A DNA stretch of 64,000 nucleotides. It comes from Corallochytrium limacisporum Hawaii (Eukaryota; Protista; Pluriformea). Positions within the stretch are counted from its first letter, which is position 1; the number at the start of each line of letters is the position of its first letter. The translations under genes were made by a program, and so were the position numbers. A model generated the notes under the pieces. The model was not told where the DNA came from and did no database searches. It worked only from the letters and a program-made list of their open reading frames with translations. Of this stretch, positions 25,101 to 35,052 are shown one piece after another. Where the stretch lies: contig PDIP01000082.1 of assembly GCA_002811645.1 (NCBI GenBank), positions 73,305-137,304 on the forward strand. The letters are read 5' to 3'.

Positions 25101-25547
25101 TGCGATTACCCTGCATCTAGGTCCCGTCCCAAGTGCGAGATCTGCAAGGAACTGTTTGCTATAGCGAGTGTAAGGCAGGTTTTCCGTTCCAACTCTTAAG
25201 CCTGACGCGTGTTTTACATCCGCACCTGAGGAAATGATAGGGCGGGACAGAGACTGAGTGTCCTCTTCATGAACCAATACTTCGACTTCCTTCCCAGGCA
25301 CAGGCGTTGAACTCTGATGGTGTTGACCATCACCATATCGTGTAATTGCTGCAGACCTTTCCTCTTGAACCTTATCAGGCTCACGTCCTTCTTCTGCAAA
25401 CATATCTTCGCCATCGTCTATATCTTCCGCACTGTCCGCCGCCGGCGGAAGTGGGAGATCAACCGTTCGCTGGTGGTTCTCCTCAGCCTCAGGAGAGGGA
25501 TCCCCGATGTAGTCTCCAAATTCATTGTACAGGTCGTCTTCATCCAT
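22146..25547 (-). CDS. EFTUD2: U5 snRNP GTPase Snu114/EFTUD2
   Basis: Acidic N-terminus MDEDDLYNEFGDYIG; VHEEDTQSLSRPII; G1 GHQGHGKT; DTPGHPNF; QGFRWATREGPLCEEP; WDIVPGDPLD; HLAREFAIKTRRRKGL. Confidence 0.95.
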   Translation of the reverse strand: MDEDDLYNEFGDYIGDPSPEAEENHQRTVDLPLPPAADSAEDIDDGEDMFAEEGREPDKVQEERSAAITRYGDGQHHQSSTPVPGKEVEVLVHEEDTQSLSRPIISSGADVKHASGLRVGTENLPYTRYSKQFLADLALGTGPRCRVIALVGHQGHGKTSLADLLIEQTHHCQITEGMQLKWTDTLYTEQRRGCSLQVNGFSTVLEDSGRKSRLLHILDTPGHPNFGDEVACALRMSDGAVLVVDVVEGLMVGTRLVMQQCVRAGVPMTLCLTKLDRLIMDLRLPPNDGYAKIQHVIEELNAEIMALNGGSAYSQKYFMPASGNVIFACCGQLNFTFSLYTVAKRLILDRRQARHDKGRQGKSKNGHKDRHGRSLNKRLVPKTAADMSDPDFLIQFEELLLQDVSPKANDEDTHGDNGGEEPKVKFDAEAKRISRCLFGAWSYDSDRGGFVRLADGSTKDNKLTFVQFVLEPMYKLFARTIEGAEKELSDLLRSVGIKLSKKDLGANTLPLLRKVCTRYYGPVHVSFVDLVIGHCPSSTDWHAHRWENMLRTVRSSDDTRIDVYDVDDLPRCDPHGPLLAQVVKMAPLDISGQPEKAIGDPMDETDSSSRLLCWVRILSGTMKSGSTVHLLGSAFSQEDMEEHFTRRITKLYLPGGRYKVPVQAVGAGNICLVAGIDGPVEKTATILQSSATGLASLSSLGSTLPVLSAPVLPSQPVVHISAEPIVPRELPLMMEALRCCTKVYPALEVVVEESGLKIIKGTGELYLDCVMHDLREVYGRQLRSSDLFGGNTVQEQLEVRVSDPSTPFRESIEDQSVLPCYAQTPNRRNHLTIVAEPLDPGLAADIALGMLAFDRAAEDAEGELLPSSFMRGPRTTNTTLQLLEQKYNWDVLASRSLWAFGPAPETGANVLLNDTFPDETDPQLLTQVRDSVVQGFRWATREGPLCEEPMRNVKFRIFDASLSTEPVLRGAGQLIPTARKVCHAAVLTASPRLLEPWYAVTVECTSQKYVDFLQQAITKSRGRIVAEYPKAGTPFHILESLVPVMDSFGLEVSLRTSTKGQVMPYFVFSHWDIVPGDPLDDTIELQPMVPQELPHLAREFAIKTRRRKGLGEAIALSKYVEDPHLLARAAEFI

Positions 25548-25991
25548 GGCTGCACAAAATCCATCCGAATTCCTGCCGCAGTCCAAATACGCAAGTCATT
25601 TCGGCCCCGCGGTTTTAAACTTGTCGAGGCGAAGAAAAACGCAAGGGATTCCTCTATCTGCTCAGTGTCAACTACTCAAGTTCTCACCATATCTTCTTAT
25701 CTTCCCCAAGCAAGGACAGCCGGTGAACGTCTAAAGGGCTTGCGAGAAATATGCGCTCCATCGAATACCTCGTAACGACTTCACAGCTCTACAATCCAGT
25801 TACCTAACGATTGCGTGAGCATTCCCGCCCTTCTTTGGCACAGGGCAAGGAGGTGGGGGCCCCACGGGGTCGGGGAGGGACAGGTGCTTTGGACACAAGG
25901 GACCGAAAAGCGGGTGGGTGCATATGGCTATCTGTTAATCTATTCCTATTCCACAATGGTGCTCGTCAACTTATCAATTCATTAACACTTT

Positions 25992-28841
25992 TCACACTCC
26001 ATGTAAGATGTCCATCATGAAGTCCGGCTCGCTTTCGCAAAAGTGAATAATCTCTCTCACCTCACCTCCCAACTGGTGCCATTCGCACACCGGCATGGTC
26101 TCGACATTTTCGAGTCGAACCTGTTTCAACCGTAGGACACTGTCACTTATAGCACTGACGCACATCTGCCAGCGAAGCTCTAACATGTCACTGACGTCCA
26201 CTGGGCGACCGTCCTCAAAGTGAGGCACTGTAAGCGGCTCGGCTGGGCGCGGGGGCAACACCCTATCGCGGGCCTCCCACATTTCTTCGAGACATTCAAT
26301 AATAGTTGGGATGAATTGATGGATCTGTGGCCGTGTGACAGCCCTCACGCTCAAACCGTTGATTATCGCAAGTATCAGACCATGTAGGTCTGAAAGCACA
26401 TCGACCCCTTCTTCCTCGTCCTGGTTCTCAACAATCCACAGTCTGAGAAGGATAGTCAACGACCCAGACACAAACACCTCGTCGAAAGTCACGCTCGAAT
26501 GTGAACGTTTCCCTTCTGTAAAGTACTGATCGAAGACGGCAAGAGCTCGCTTATAGCGCATTTCTAACATTGAACCCTCCACAAATTCTAGATTGTCAGG
26601 GTCGTTAACCATGTGAACAAGCCACGCCAGCAGCTTCACGCCTCCCATCAAGTGGGCAAACAACATCTGTACTTTTTCCACATTGAACCGTAGGCGCCTC
26701 CAATGCTTGCTAGTTGGCTTGCCAGAAAAGAACTTTGTCGATTTTGTATCCATCCGATTTGGAAACTGATACCTATTTAAACCCTGCAGCAAATGATCCA
26801 ACGTGCGCATGACGATGGGTGTAGCCGGAACACCGTACCCACTGCCCTTTCCGAAAATGTCTCCGAAAGTATTATTGCGTTTGTAATGGGTGGCGAGATG
26901 GCGAACAAGAGTATAGGCCAATTCCACCATCATGTTGCTCACAATCCAGCCCGCAAATGGCATGCGGCGGCACAATTTTTCTGTGAGTGGGCCTATCTCA
27001 CCACTGTCGTCCATTGGGAAGACATCATTCCTCACTGTGTTACTTTCATGCATATGCGGATAGTCCATGATGTTGTCGGACATAAACTTTGCCAATCCTG
27101 CGAGCATCCCACAATAGTATTCTACTAAGGCATGGGGACTGTAGACCTGTGGCAAATTGCTAGCCATTCCGTTCTCTGTCTCCGGTCCATCCCTATGCTC
27201 TAGATCACAACCATCCCTTTTCGGCCTCATCAAGTACAAGAACAAGGCAACTGCGTCCATGGCTGTGTATACTTTGTACTCCTTGCGGTAATTGGGGCAC
27301 CGATATTGCAAAGATTTCCGCCCTTTGTTAGACTCCTGGGACCCTGCCTGAAGGTAGGTTTCAGTGGGACCGAAGTCAGCTGCCATTTCCATCGTCTCCG
27401 TGATATCGATGTGAATATTATTCATGGCCTCCCGACAAGTTCGTTTCGTGCTGGCCCGGAGGGAACACACACTCGAGTCGTAGTCTTTGGCTTTCTGAAT
27501 GCTGGACCGGATTTCCTCAAGGTACTGCAATCTCAAGACATAGCAACACATTCTTGCAAAAGCTTGATGAATCCTCATCTTGACATATGGTACAGTATGC
27601 AAATGGTTGCTTCTGGGAACATCAAGAGGCCTTGCCGTAGGAATCATCTCCTTAAATTGTTGCAAGCGTTTGCCGTACTTTTCCTCACATCCCAGGTTCT
27701 GTAGCAAATTCTCTAAGAAGTGACAGCCTTCCTCATACCACATCTTTGCGAAGATAGGATTTGCATTTCGGGTTTCCCCAGGTAATGCCAATTCAGCAAG
27801 CCTCGCGAGCACGCCTTCATAAATTGAGGCGTGTACATCTTCTGGGCCGAGAGGACCCCAGCTCCGGCACATCTCCAAGTTGTCCACCAGACAGAACACA
27901 TTCCCCAGTGCTTCGTCAATCATGAACCAAATAGCAGAGCGTGTACACAGCTGTGACGGCCTTCCGACCATGCGACGTGCCAAAAACACAGCACTTTTGC
28001 TGACAGCAGCAAATGACAAGCTGAGTAGTACAGTAATCCTCGCCTCGTCAAAAGCACCACTGAGAGCGTGGATTTCTCCGTCACGATGAGAGTTGTGAAC
28101 ACCACTAGGATCAAAGTTCTCCCCGCAGTGGGGAATGGACGAGTCAGCCTTATGTATGACACCCGACAGCCACAGATGTGTTTCTCTCGGTCCAAGCACC
28201 TGGATCACAAATTCTTCAACAGGAGCCCCCCAGCTTTGTACAAATTGAGTCCTACAGTGAACAACTTCTTGCATTTCCTCCGGCGACCCATGCTTTGCAC
28301 CAAAACCACTTTTTAGGGAAAGGATATCTTGTATGACTTCAATGTATCCACCCAGAATCAACTCGGCCTCCTCATAAGTGAGTTCGAAGTCCTCCATTGG
28401 TAACGGTGGCAGCTTTCCTGATTTGGCGAACGCCTCAAATACATGTGATATTGCCGTCAAAAAGTCATCATTTGACATGTGGCGTGAGTTCACAGCTGTA
28501 TCGTACCACTTCACTAACACGAAGTGCATGATGTCCCGACAGTACAACGCGGTCTTGTAGTGCACATCCTCGCGGCGACAAACCGTGTTGATCAAATTGA
28601 CTGAGTCAGCCACATACTTATTTGAAAGTTGCCTGATTTCAGGCTTCTCTGACCTCATCCAAAACGACAGCGGGTAGTGCTCAAACAATGGCGGATTGCC
28701 CTTCAGCCAGGCCTGATCAAGCGTACATTCCTCTGCATAGTGCTTGGGACTCATAGGTATCCCCTCAAATCTGAATCTTTCTGACATATGGAGAGCTTGT
28801 TTTGTCTTCGCACTTTCCAACTGCTCCATAGGTTCTATCAT
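25992..28841 (-). CDS. Hypothetical protein, 949 aa (orphan, probably helical)
   Basis: 2.85 kb stop-free ORF with globular composition and no recognised motif. Its ATG overlaps the PET117 stop; ATG 28829 is an alternative start. Confidence 0.85.
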   Translation of the reverse strand: MIEPMEQLESAKTKQALHMSERFRFEGIPMSPKHYAEECTLDQAWLKGNPPLFEHYPLSFWMRSEKPEIRQLSNKYVADSVNLINTVCRREDVHYKTALYCRDIMHFVLVKWYDTAVNSRHMSNDDFLTAISHVFEAFAKSGKLPPLPMEDFELTYEEAELILGGYIEVIQDILSLKSGFGAKHGSPEEMQEVVHCRTQFVQSWGAPVEEFVIQVLGPRETHLWLSGVIHKADSSIPHCGENFDPSGVHNSHRDGEIHALSGAFDEARITVLLSLSFAAVSKSAVFLARRMVGRPSQLCTRSAIWFMIDEALGNVFCLVDNLEMCRSWGPLGPEDVHASIYEGVLARLAELALPGETRNANPIFAKMWYEEGCHFLENLLQNLGCEEKYGKRLQQFKEMIPTARPLDVPRSNHLHTVPYVKMRIHQAFARMCCYVLRLQYLEEIRSSIQKAKDYDSSVCSLRASTKRTCREAMNNIHIDITETMEMAADFGPTETYLQAGSQESNKGRKSLQYRCPNYRKEYKVYTAMDAVALFLYLMRPKRDGCDLEHRDGPETENGMASNLPQVYSPHALVEYYCGMLAGLAKFMSDNIMDYPHMHESNTVRNDVFPMDDSGEIGPLTEKLCRRMPFAGWIVSNMMVELAYTLVRHLATHYKRNNTFGDIFGKGSGYGVPATPIVMRTLDHLLQGLNRYQFPNRMDTKSTKFFSGKPTSKHWRRLRFNVEKVQMLFAHLMGGVKLLAWLVHMVNDPDNLEFVEGSMLEMRYKRALAVFDQYFTEGKRSHSSVTFDEVFVSGSLTILLRLWIVENQDEEEGVDVLSDLHGLILAIINGLSVRAVTRPQIHQFIPTIIECLEEMWEARDRVLPPRPAEPLTVPHFEDGRPVDVSDMLELRWQMCVSAISDSVLRLKQVRLENVETMPVCEWHQLGGEVREIIHFCESEPDFMMDILHGV

Positions 28842-29080
28842 GTCCGCTTCGCGTCGTCCTGGTCGCGTTCAAGTTCCAATCTCTTAGTCATATCACGCTG
28901 CTTTTGAAGTTCGATTAGATTCTGCTGCTTCTTGATCTGGCGGTCAATATCACGCTGGACCCCTTGTCGCATACGGGCTCTTTCTTCGTTTTGGTCCCAG
29001 TGAACAAAGTATATCGTACCAACTGTAATCGCAAGAGCCGTCGCGACTGCCAGATTTGGACGACTAAAGTATCCCGACAT
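28838..29080 (-). CDS. PET117: Cytochrome c oxidase assembly factor PET117
   Basis: 80 aa. N-terminal TM segment followed by VHWDQNEERARMRQGVQRDIDRQ..KQQN...Q, the PET117 signature. Confidence 0.88.
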   Translation of the reverse strand: MSGYFSRPNLAVATALAITVGTIYFVHWDQNEERARMRQGVQRDIDRQIKKQQNLIELQKQRDMTKRLELERDQDDAKRT

Positions 29081-29558
29081 TACTCCGTGTCGTGGCTACC
29101 TCCGTAGGAGTTACTTCCACAGGCAGCAGATACTTCCGATAAATCAGTTGACCTCATGTTTCTAGGAGGTTCGCTAACCATTCCTGATGCCACCAGCCTG
29201 AAGTAGCAGGCGGGGCTCGCTATGTTGAGACCCCCCATGCGACCACGAGATTCTGTTCCTTCCCCCCCCCCCAGGGGGGCGGCCCCACCAACCGTGCCAT
29301 TTTGCTTTACGACTCTCTCTCCGACACTTTGCGGGCGAGAACTTCTGGTGCACAGGAAACCGGCCACTCCGCTCAGCCCAAGTTTTTATATTTGGGCACG
29401 GGGAAGCACGGGGACTGACGCACTACCACTTAATATTGGGGTCGAAGGTCTGTGGTCGCGCACGCAGGTACTTCAGAACTGACAAGAACCTTTGCCCATC
29501 GCGTTTTCGCATGATGACACATTGTAAGTACAGATATTGATCCTTTCTCAGCTTTAAC

Positions 29559-30044
29559 ATGACGGCTGATGTGATCACGATCCGCAGGGCAACAGCTGCT
29601 GACCATGAAACGGTCGTGCAGGGCGTGCTGACCATGGCGCGGGACAGTGAAGGTATTGAGTTGCCTGTAGACACTGTGAACCGTGGAGTGAAGGCGGTTT
29701 TCAACGATCCTGGTAAGGGCTTCTACATTCTTGCTGAGGACACAGCTGACGGCAACACGTTTGCAGGCTGTCTGCAGGTCACGTATGAATGGTCTGATTG
29801 GACGGCGCGTCAATACTGGTGGATCCAGAGTGTGCACGTGGAAGAAAAATACCGCCGTCGAGGTGTCTTCCGCAAAATGTTCGAGTACGTTGTAGCAGAA
29901 GCCAAGAACGCCGACGCGGCCAGCGTTCGGCTGTATGTGGAAAAGGAGAACGAACGTGCAAGGCAGGTTTACGAAAAGGTTGGCATTGCCCAGTCACACT
30001 ACAACATGCACGAGCTGCAGATCGTCAAGCCCGGCAGCAGTTAG
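29559..30044 (+). CDS. GNAT-family N-acetyltransferase
   Basis: IRRAT start; TYEWSDW...WWIQSVHVEEKYRRRGVFR (acetyl-CoA motif A); RLYVEKENERARQVYEKVG (motif B). Confidence 0.92.
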   Translation: MTADVITIRRATAADHETVVQGVLTMARDSEGIELPVDTVNRGVKAVFNDPGKGFYILAEDTADGNTFAGCLQVTYEWSDWTARQYWWIQSVHVEEKYRRRGVFRKMFEYVVAEAKNADAASVRLYVEKENERARQVYEKVGIAQSHYNMHELQIVKPGSS

Positions 30045-30136
30045 ATGCACCACCTTAGCAGAAACACCGTACAATAAAATGAGACTCAACAAACTTTGAC
30101 TGAATACAATTCTATTGAATCTACTCAGCTTTTCAT

Positions 30137-33100
30137 TTAGTGCATCTGGGACAGTTCCTCTACGAAGCGGACCAGATCCTCCACAGCAACATTCTGGCCT
30201 TTCTTCTCTCCGAAGGTCCAGATAAGATTCTGCGTAGCTAAAGGCATACGGTCCTTGGGGAGATCCAGGAACTTTTCGATCAGATCTCCATCAATGAACC
30301 CGCGGGCGTCGGCTTCCCGTCGCTCATTGCGGAATGCACGCCACGCACCATGATCGAAATTACCGACTCCTCGAATAATTGTGTCAAGATTCTGGTGCAG
30401 CTTCCAAAGGAATTGATACTGTTCAGCAGTGAGGTGAGCAACGATGCCGATCATGCCACTGACCGTTCCGAAAACCAGTGATGGCCGAATACCCTGCTCG
30501 CTTTCTTCTGGAAGTTGCATGACCAGAGATCCATGGCGGAACACATTGACAAACTCACCCAAATGGAATTCACCCACTACCTCCAGTCGAGATCTTTCTT
30601 CATCTGTGGCAGCATCTGCGTTGCGGTGGCACACAAATAGGTTAAAGCCATTCTCTGCTCCAATGTACGTGTCGTCGTCAATTATCTCCACAGCACTCAT
30701 CCAGTTTGCGTTGCAGTCCTTGGCAATCTCGGTCATCGTCTGGTTTCCGTCGTATGAGATCAACGAAATGCTCTTCATGATGTCACCGACGACAATGAAG
30801 TCACCCCGACGCTTAACATACAAGGCCATGATTGAGCCTCCCAAACTGGAAATAAGAGACATCGCCTTTTGCTCCGATTTCCATTGGAAGATGTGAACCC
30901 GAGAATTGATGGAACAAAGCAGCTTGCCCCGGATCTCATTCAACGTGTAGACAGCTCCATCCACATTGGTCGTTGAAACCAACTCCAATGATCCTTCGCT
31001 GTACGAAAAGATCAAGACTCGGCCCATGTCGGGCTCATCTTGCTCTGGCAATACATATGTAGTGCCGACCACATAGTAGACATTTTCATCGCCCGCGAAA
31101 GACATGCTGCAAATCGAGACACCCCATTCGTCGGTATCCAATTCGTGACTGGCCACCATGTCGTAGGTTTCTTGGTCAATAATGCGGAGATAGTAACCGT
31201 CCTCCTTGTTTGTGATCACACCAATGGATTTGGTAGAGTTCTGAATGGCAAGCCTCCGTGGCATCTCGCCAAGCGGAACTGTGCGAATGTGTAACTTTTG
31301 GATTTCATCAATTGCTCCGATGACCATTGTGTTCTCTGTAACCAACACAAGGCTTTCAGCTTCATATGCCTGTGCCTGCTTGAACTGACACATTCTAGTC
31401 ACTTCAGGAACGTTCACATTTGAGTAGAGTACCTTACCGCTGGAAGAATGAATCACGGTCGGCCGATCACCGGTGGCAAATACATGAGCCTCACCGTTGC
31501 TGACAAATTCAATCAGCTGCATTGGCTGTGTGCCAAGGCTAACTTTCTTTCGATCCATCAGCGTGAACGAGTTCAAGTCGATTACACAGCTAAAAAGTAC
31601 ACCATCTCCCAGACCACACAACAGATAGTTTGATCCCTCAAACTGTGTAAGCAGTACACTTCTAGGGATGGTTCCGTCTGAAGGGATCAGTTGCGCGGTT
31701 TCTTTCAGACTTGGAACCGAGAGCAGACGCACAGACATATCATTCCACAGACCTGCGGCTGCATATTTGCCTTCATAAATGTGTAAGCATGCAACTTCAT
31801 GTTCAAGTGCTGTCTCCTGAACTTGCGTAATGGTTCCCTTAGCTAATTCGAGATATGCAATGTTGTTGCCTCCAAAGGCTACCAATACCTTGTCATCATT
31901 GCATGATGCTACATTGATCGGTTGGCCACTCGTGGGCTTCCATTCAGCCACCATTTGCAGAGTGGTTTGGTCAATAAGCCTGATGCTCTGATTAGTGATC
32001 TGAACGATCTGCCCATCTGCAGCTGTGTTTCCACAGAACAGAGACATACACTCCTGATTGAACCCGGCAATGTCAAAGACGGAAATCTCACCGTCAGCCT
32101 CGATGCGCACAACCTTCGTATCGGATACAAAGCTGATTACAACAGCTTCGAATGCCTCTGCGCCTGCACCGCATTGTAGCGTCCACACACCCTTAATACC
32201 CCCAAGTTCGATGGTCGCCATTGCCTCAATGCCAATACCATTCCGGATGATGCGCAGACTCCCGTCCTTGAATGCTCCAGAGCATGTAATCAGCTGTGCT
32301 TGGCCATTTCTTTGCGCTTCCATAATCCCAATGTCTGTAATGGGGCCCAGGTTTGTGAAGGACTGCAGTACTTCAATAAAGCTTCCGGACTCGTCCTGTT
32401 CACTTGTTAGGCGGATAAGCTGTGAATCCCCGAAACGGGATCCAGCAAACACGACACCGTTATCCAAGTATTCGATGCAGTTGGTAATGTTGATTTTGCC
32501 CAACCTTTCAAGAATCAGATCTTCAACTTTGCCATTGGAGTTGGCCAAGATAACAATGCTCAAGTTTCCTTCTTCATCAGCAATCAAGAAACGACTGCCA
32601 TCATCGTCCACCTTGCCATAGCAGTTGATCACTGTCTGCCGCATTTGAAGATTGATGCGCTGGACTGGCGCGTCGTCGCTTCCAATTTCAACGTTGAGGT
32701 ATGTGATCGTCTGCTCACCCACTACCAAAACACCGCCGAGCGGCTTGGGTACAGCGATAAGCATGGATGCTCCCATTTCCACCATAATCGGAGCTGGGCT
32801 CTGTAGCGTAATTAATTCCTTGATGTCCTCGTCGAGAGTATGGTAGGATACCCGGTGCATGTCCGATGCATCCTGGGACAAAACGACCAAGGTCAAGGAC
32901 TTTGAAGCGGCATCTTCGTCCAAGAATACCATGTCATGCACTTGCAATTCGTCCAATCGCACATTGTATGCCTCCTGCAACGGCTGCCCAGACTTAAAGC
33001 TTAGAGGCAGGATCTTCAGAAGGCCATCGTACAGCCGCAGGGCCAGCATTTTGTTGTCCGGTGAGGCAATCATAAACTGACCCGTCTCCACTGGCCGCCC

Positions 33101-33451
33101 AATCTTGTCTTCTACATCTCCAGTAGCAACAGAAACGATGATCCCATTCTCTTTCTGGTATTTGAGTAGGCAGAAAGAGTATTTTTCGGTTGCAATAGCC
33201 AACAAAGGGGTAGAGCCAGCACTTCGTGAGTCAATCTGTTCGCCCCCGTCAACCAGCATCATGTTTGAAATGCGGCCATAGATGTTGAATTCCATCACAA
33301 GAGACAGGCCATCAGGAGTAACATCGTAAACTTCAATGTACGTCGTCTTGCCCACTATAAGGTTTGGTGTCTTACCACCGGTAAAGTAACCATGACAAAG
33401 ATGTGTGACCGTTGACGGCTTTTGAGCCGTCGCGACGTAGTTGTACGACAT
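30137..33451 (-). CDS. DDB1: DNA damage-binding protein 1
   Basis: 1104 aa. MSYNYVATAQKPSTV, YLDNGVVFAGSRFGDSQL, CSGAFKDGSLRIIRNGIG, IDEIQKLHIRTVPLGE, FIDGDLIEKFLDL. Confidence 0.97.
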   Translation of the reverse strand: MSYNYVATAQKPSTVTHLCHGYFTGGKTPNLIVGKTTYIEVYDVTPDGLSLVMEFNIYGRISNMMLVDGGEQIDSRSAGSTPLLAIATEKYSFCLLKYQKENGIIVSVATGDVEDKIGRPVETGQFMIASPDNKMLALRLYDGLLKILPLSFKSGQPLQEAYNVRLDELQVHDMVFLDEDAASKSLTLVVLSQDASDMHRVSYHTLDEDIKELITLQSPAPIMVEMGASMLIAVPKPLGGVLVVGEQTITYLNVEIGSDDAPVQRINLQMRQTVINCYGKVDDDGSRFLIADEEGNLSIVILANSNGKVEDLILERLGKINITNCIEYLDNGVVFAGSRFGDSQLIRLTSEQDESGSFIEVLQSFTNLGPITDIGIMEAQRNGQAQLITCSGAFKDGSLRIIRNGIGIEAMATIELGGIKGVWTLQCGAGAEAFEAVVISFVSDTKVVRIEADGEISVFDIAGFNQECMSLFCGNTAADGQIVQITNQSIRLIDQTTLQMVAEWKPTSGQPINVASCNDDKVLVAFGGNNIAYLELAKGTITQVQETALEHEVACLHIYEGKYAAAGLWNDMSVRLLSVPSLKETAQLIPSDGTIPRSVLLTQFEGSNYLLCGLGDGVLFSCVIDLNSFTLMDRKKVSLGTQPMQLIEFVSNGEAHVFATGDRPTVIHSSSGKVLYSNVNVPEVTRMCQFKQAQAYEAESLVLVTENTMVIGAIDEIQKLHIRTVPLGEMPRRLAIQNSTKSIGVITNKEDGYYLRIIDQETYDMVASHELDTDEWGVSICSMSFAGDENVYYVVGTTYVLPEQDEPDMGRVLIFSYSEGSLELVSTTNVDGAVYTLNEIRGKLLCSINSRVHIFQWKSEQKAMSLISSLGGSIMALYVKRRGDFIVVGDIMKSISLISYDGNQTMTEIAKDCNANWMSAVEIIDDDTYIGAENGFNLFVCHRNADAATDEERSRLEVVGEFHLGEFVNVFRHGSLVMQLPEESEQGIRPSLVFGTVSGMIGIVAHLTAEQYQFLWKLHQNLDTIIRGVGNFDHGAWRAFRNERREADARGFIDGDLIEKFLDLPKDRMPLATQNLIWTFGEKKGQNVAVEDLVRFVEELSQMH

Positions 33452-34054
33452 GATTTACTGTAGAGCCCCGTAGCTCCGAGTGTCGCAAACTTTAACTTCT
33501 GTCCCGTTGCTAGTACAATCCACTGTGACCCTTTGAGTGCCCTGACTCATCCACATTGAATACCAGGGAATGCAATGAATGGTAAGGTAAGGTGCCGAGC
33601 GGGATTTGCTCCTTCGTAATGGCTCGGCCTCCCGCCGTAATTGGTTCCGCAGGGGTCACAGGGAGGGTGGCATATTGAGAGGGGAAGTACCGCATTGTTT
33701 TCCATTGCCCGCGGGGTCTGGGACCTCATTCCCAGAAAAAAGTCAAGAGAGAGAGGGGGAGGGGAACATCGCAAGGGCGCAATAAGCCACCGGAGCCGTC
33801 CGGACTTCTATTTACAATATGTCCGTATGAGAATAAGATTTGGCCGTGCTGGTCATTGGAAATAACAATTGTGCTAAGGGATGCAGACATGTCATGTGCC
33901 CAATACAGTGATCAAATATCGAATGGGAAGATGCAAAGTAAGGGATTGGATTTCTATTGTTAGAACTATGAATGTTGGATGGATGAATAGATTGATGGAC
34001 AGGTGGATGGAGTAATGAACGAATAGAAGAAAGGTTGGTTGGACGGGCAATAGG

Positions 34055-34951
34055 CTACCTTTGCAACAGCGCAAGGACTACACCCGGAACCAGGACCATG
34101 AGGTTGAGACCAACCGACGACGCGCTGTCACTAGTGCTTCCCTCAACGTTAGGAGCATCCTCCGGGGGAACACTTTGACCGTCGTGATTTCCGAAGCAGA
34201 AGTCGCTGTACTTCTCGATGTACTCATCCCGCACATCTTCCCACTTGGATATTGGCCAGTAGTCGATATAGCAAAGATCAATCAGCTCTTCATTATCCCG
34301 ATAGTATGCCGAGGGGTAGGCAGGACTATCCTCAGTGACTTCAACGAACCGGAACAGAGCTTCATCTGGGTCGCCAGCTGAGACCATACCGAACTGGTCC
34401 CCACCCAGCAAACCAATCGCAGTGGACTGATCTTCGCTGCGGAGATGAATGGAAACCGTACCGTCGCCAATTGGTTCGGCTTCGCTCATGTAAAATACAG
34501 TCTGAGAATCAGGTAGTCCACACCGTTCGTCGGGCCACTCACGATCGCCCTGCATACCTATCCAGGTTAGGGGAGCACCAACAACAGTGAGGTCAGCTGT
34601 CCCTGTCATGCAGCCAGCAAAGCTGTCGTCGTGATGCACATAGTAGAGACGGATCTTGTCGTCTCCGAGATCTTCATACATCCAGTACTTGTCATTGATA
34701 GGTCCTGCGGTGTCTTCAAGAGATCCCTGGCAGCAGGCTATGGTACCGCCTCTACGGAAAATGTTGCGTCCGGCGCCGAGGTTGCCAAAGTTAGCACCTT
34801 CGCGTTCGATCTGCAAATGAATCTTGGAATCCTTTCCCTGACCTTTCAGGGGATTGATATACTTCAGTCCATCTTCTTCTGTTAAATCTGAGGCATAGAT
34901 AGCGCTCGCTAAGACCAGCGAGGCAAACGAAAGGCTTTCAGTGAACTTCAT
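34055..34951 (-). CDS. Unknown secreted, probably GPI-anchored protein (paralogue of 37218..38117)
   Basis: Signal peptide MKFTESLSFASLVLASAIYA; Ser-rich omega region plus hydrophobic C-terminus; motifs shared with the neighbouring gene. Confidence 0.88.
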   Translation of the reverse strand: MKFTESLSFASLVLASAIYASDLTEEDGLKYINPLKGQGKDSKIHLQIEREGANFGNLGAGRNIFRRGGTIACCQGSLEDTAGPINDKYWMYEDLGDDKIRLYYVHHDDSFAGCMTGTADLTVVGAPLTWIGMQGDREWPDERCGLPDSQTVFYMSEAEPIGDGTVSIHLRSEDQSTAIGLLGGDQFGMVSAGDPDEALFRFVEVTEDSPAYPSAYYRDNEELIDLCYIDYWPISKWEDVRDEYIEKYSDFCFGNHDGQSVPPEDAPNVEGSTSDSASSVGLNLMVLVPGVVLALLQR

Positions 34952-35045
34952 GATTTATGATCCCCCCTTCGGTACTCGCAGAGATCCCAGCAATCTGGGT
35001 TTCAAACTTGGTTTTCCTATGGCTTCATTGGTACCAATCCGGTTG

Positions 35046-35052
35046 TTATATA
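35046..35052 (-). promoter_or_regulatory. Putative TATA box
   Basis: TATATAA on the minus strand about 95 bp upstream of ATG 34951, similar spacing to ACOX. Confidence 0.35.
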
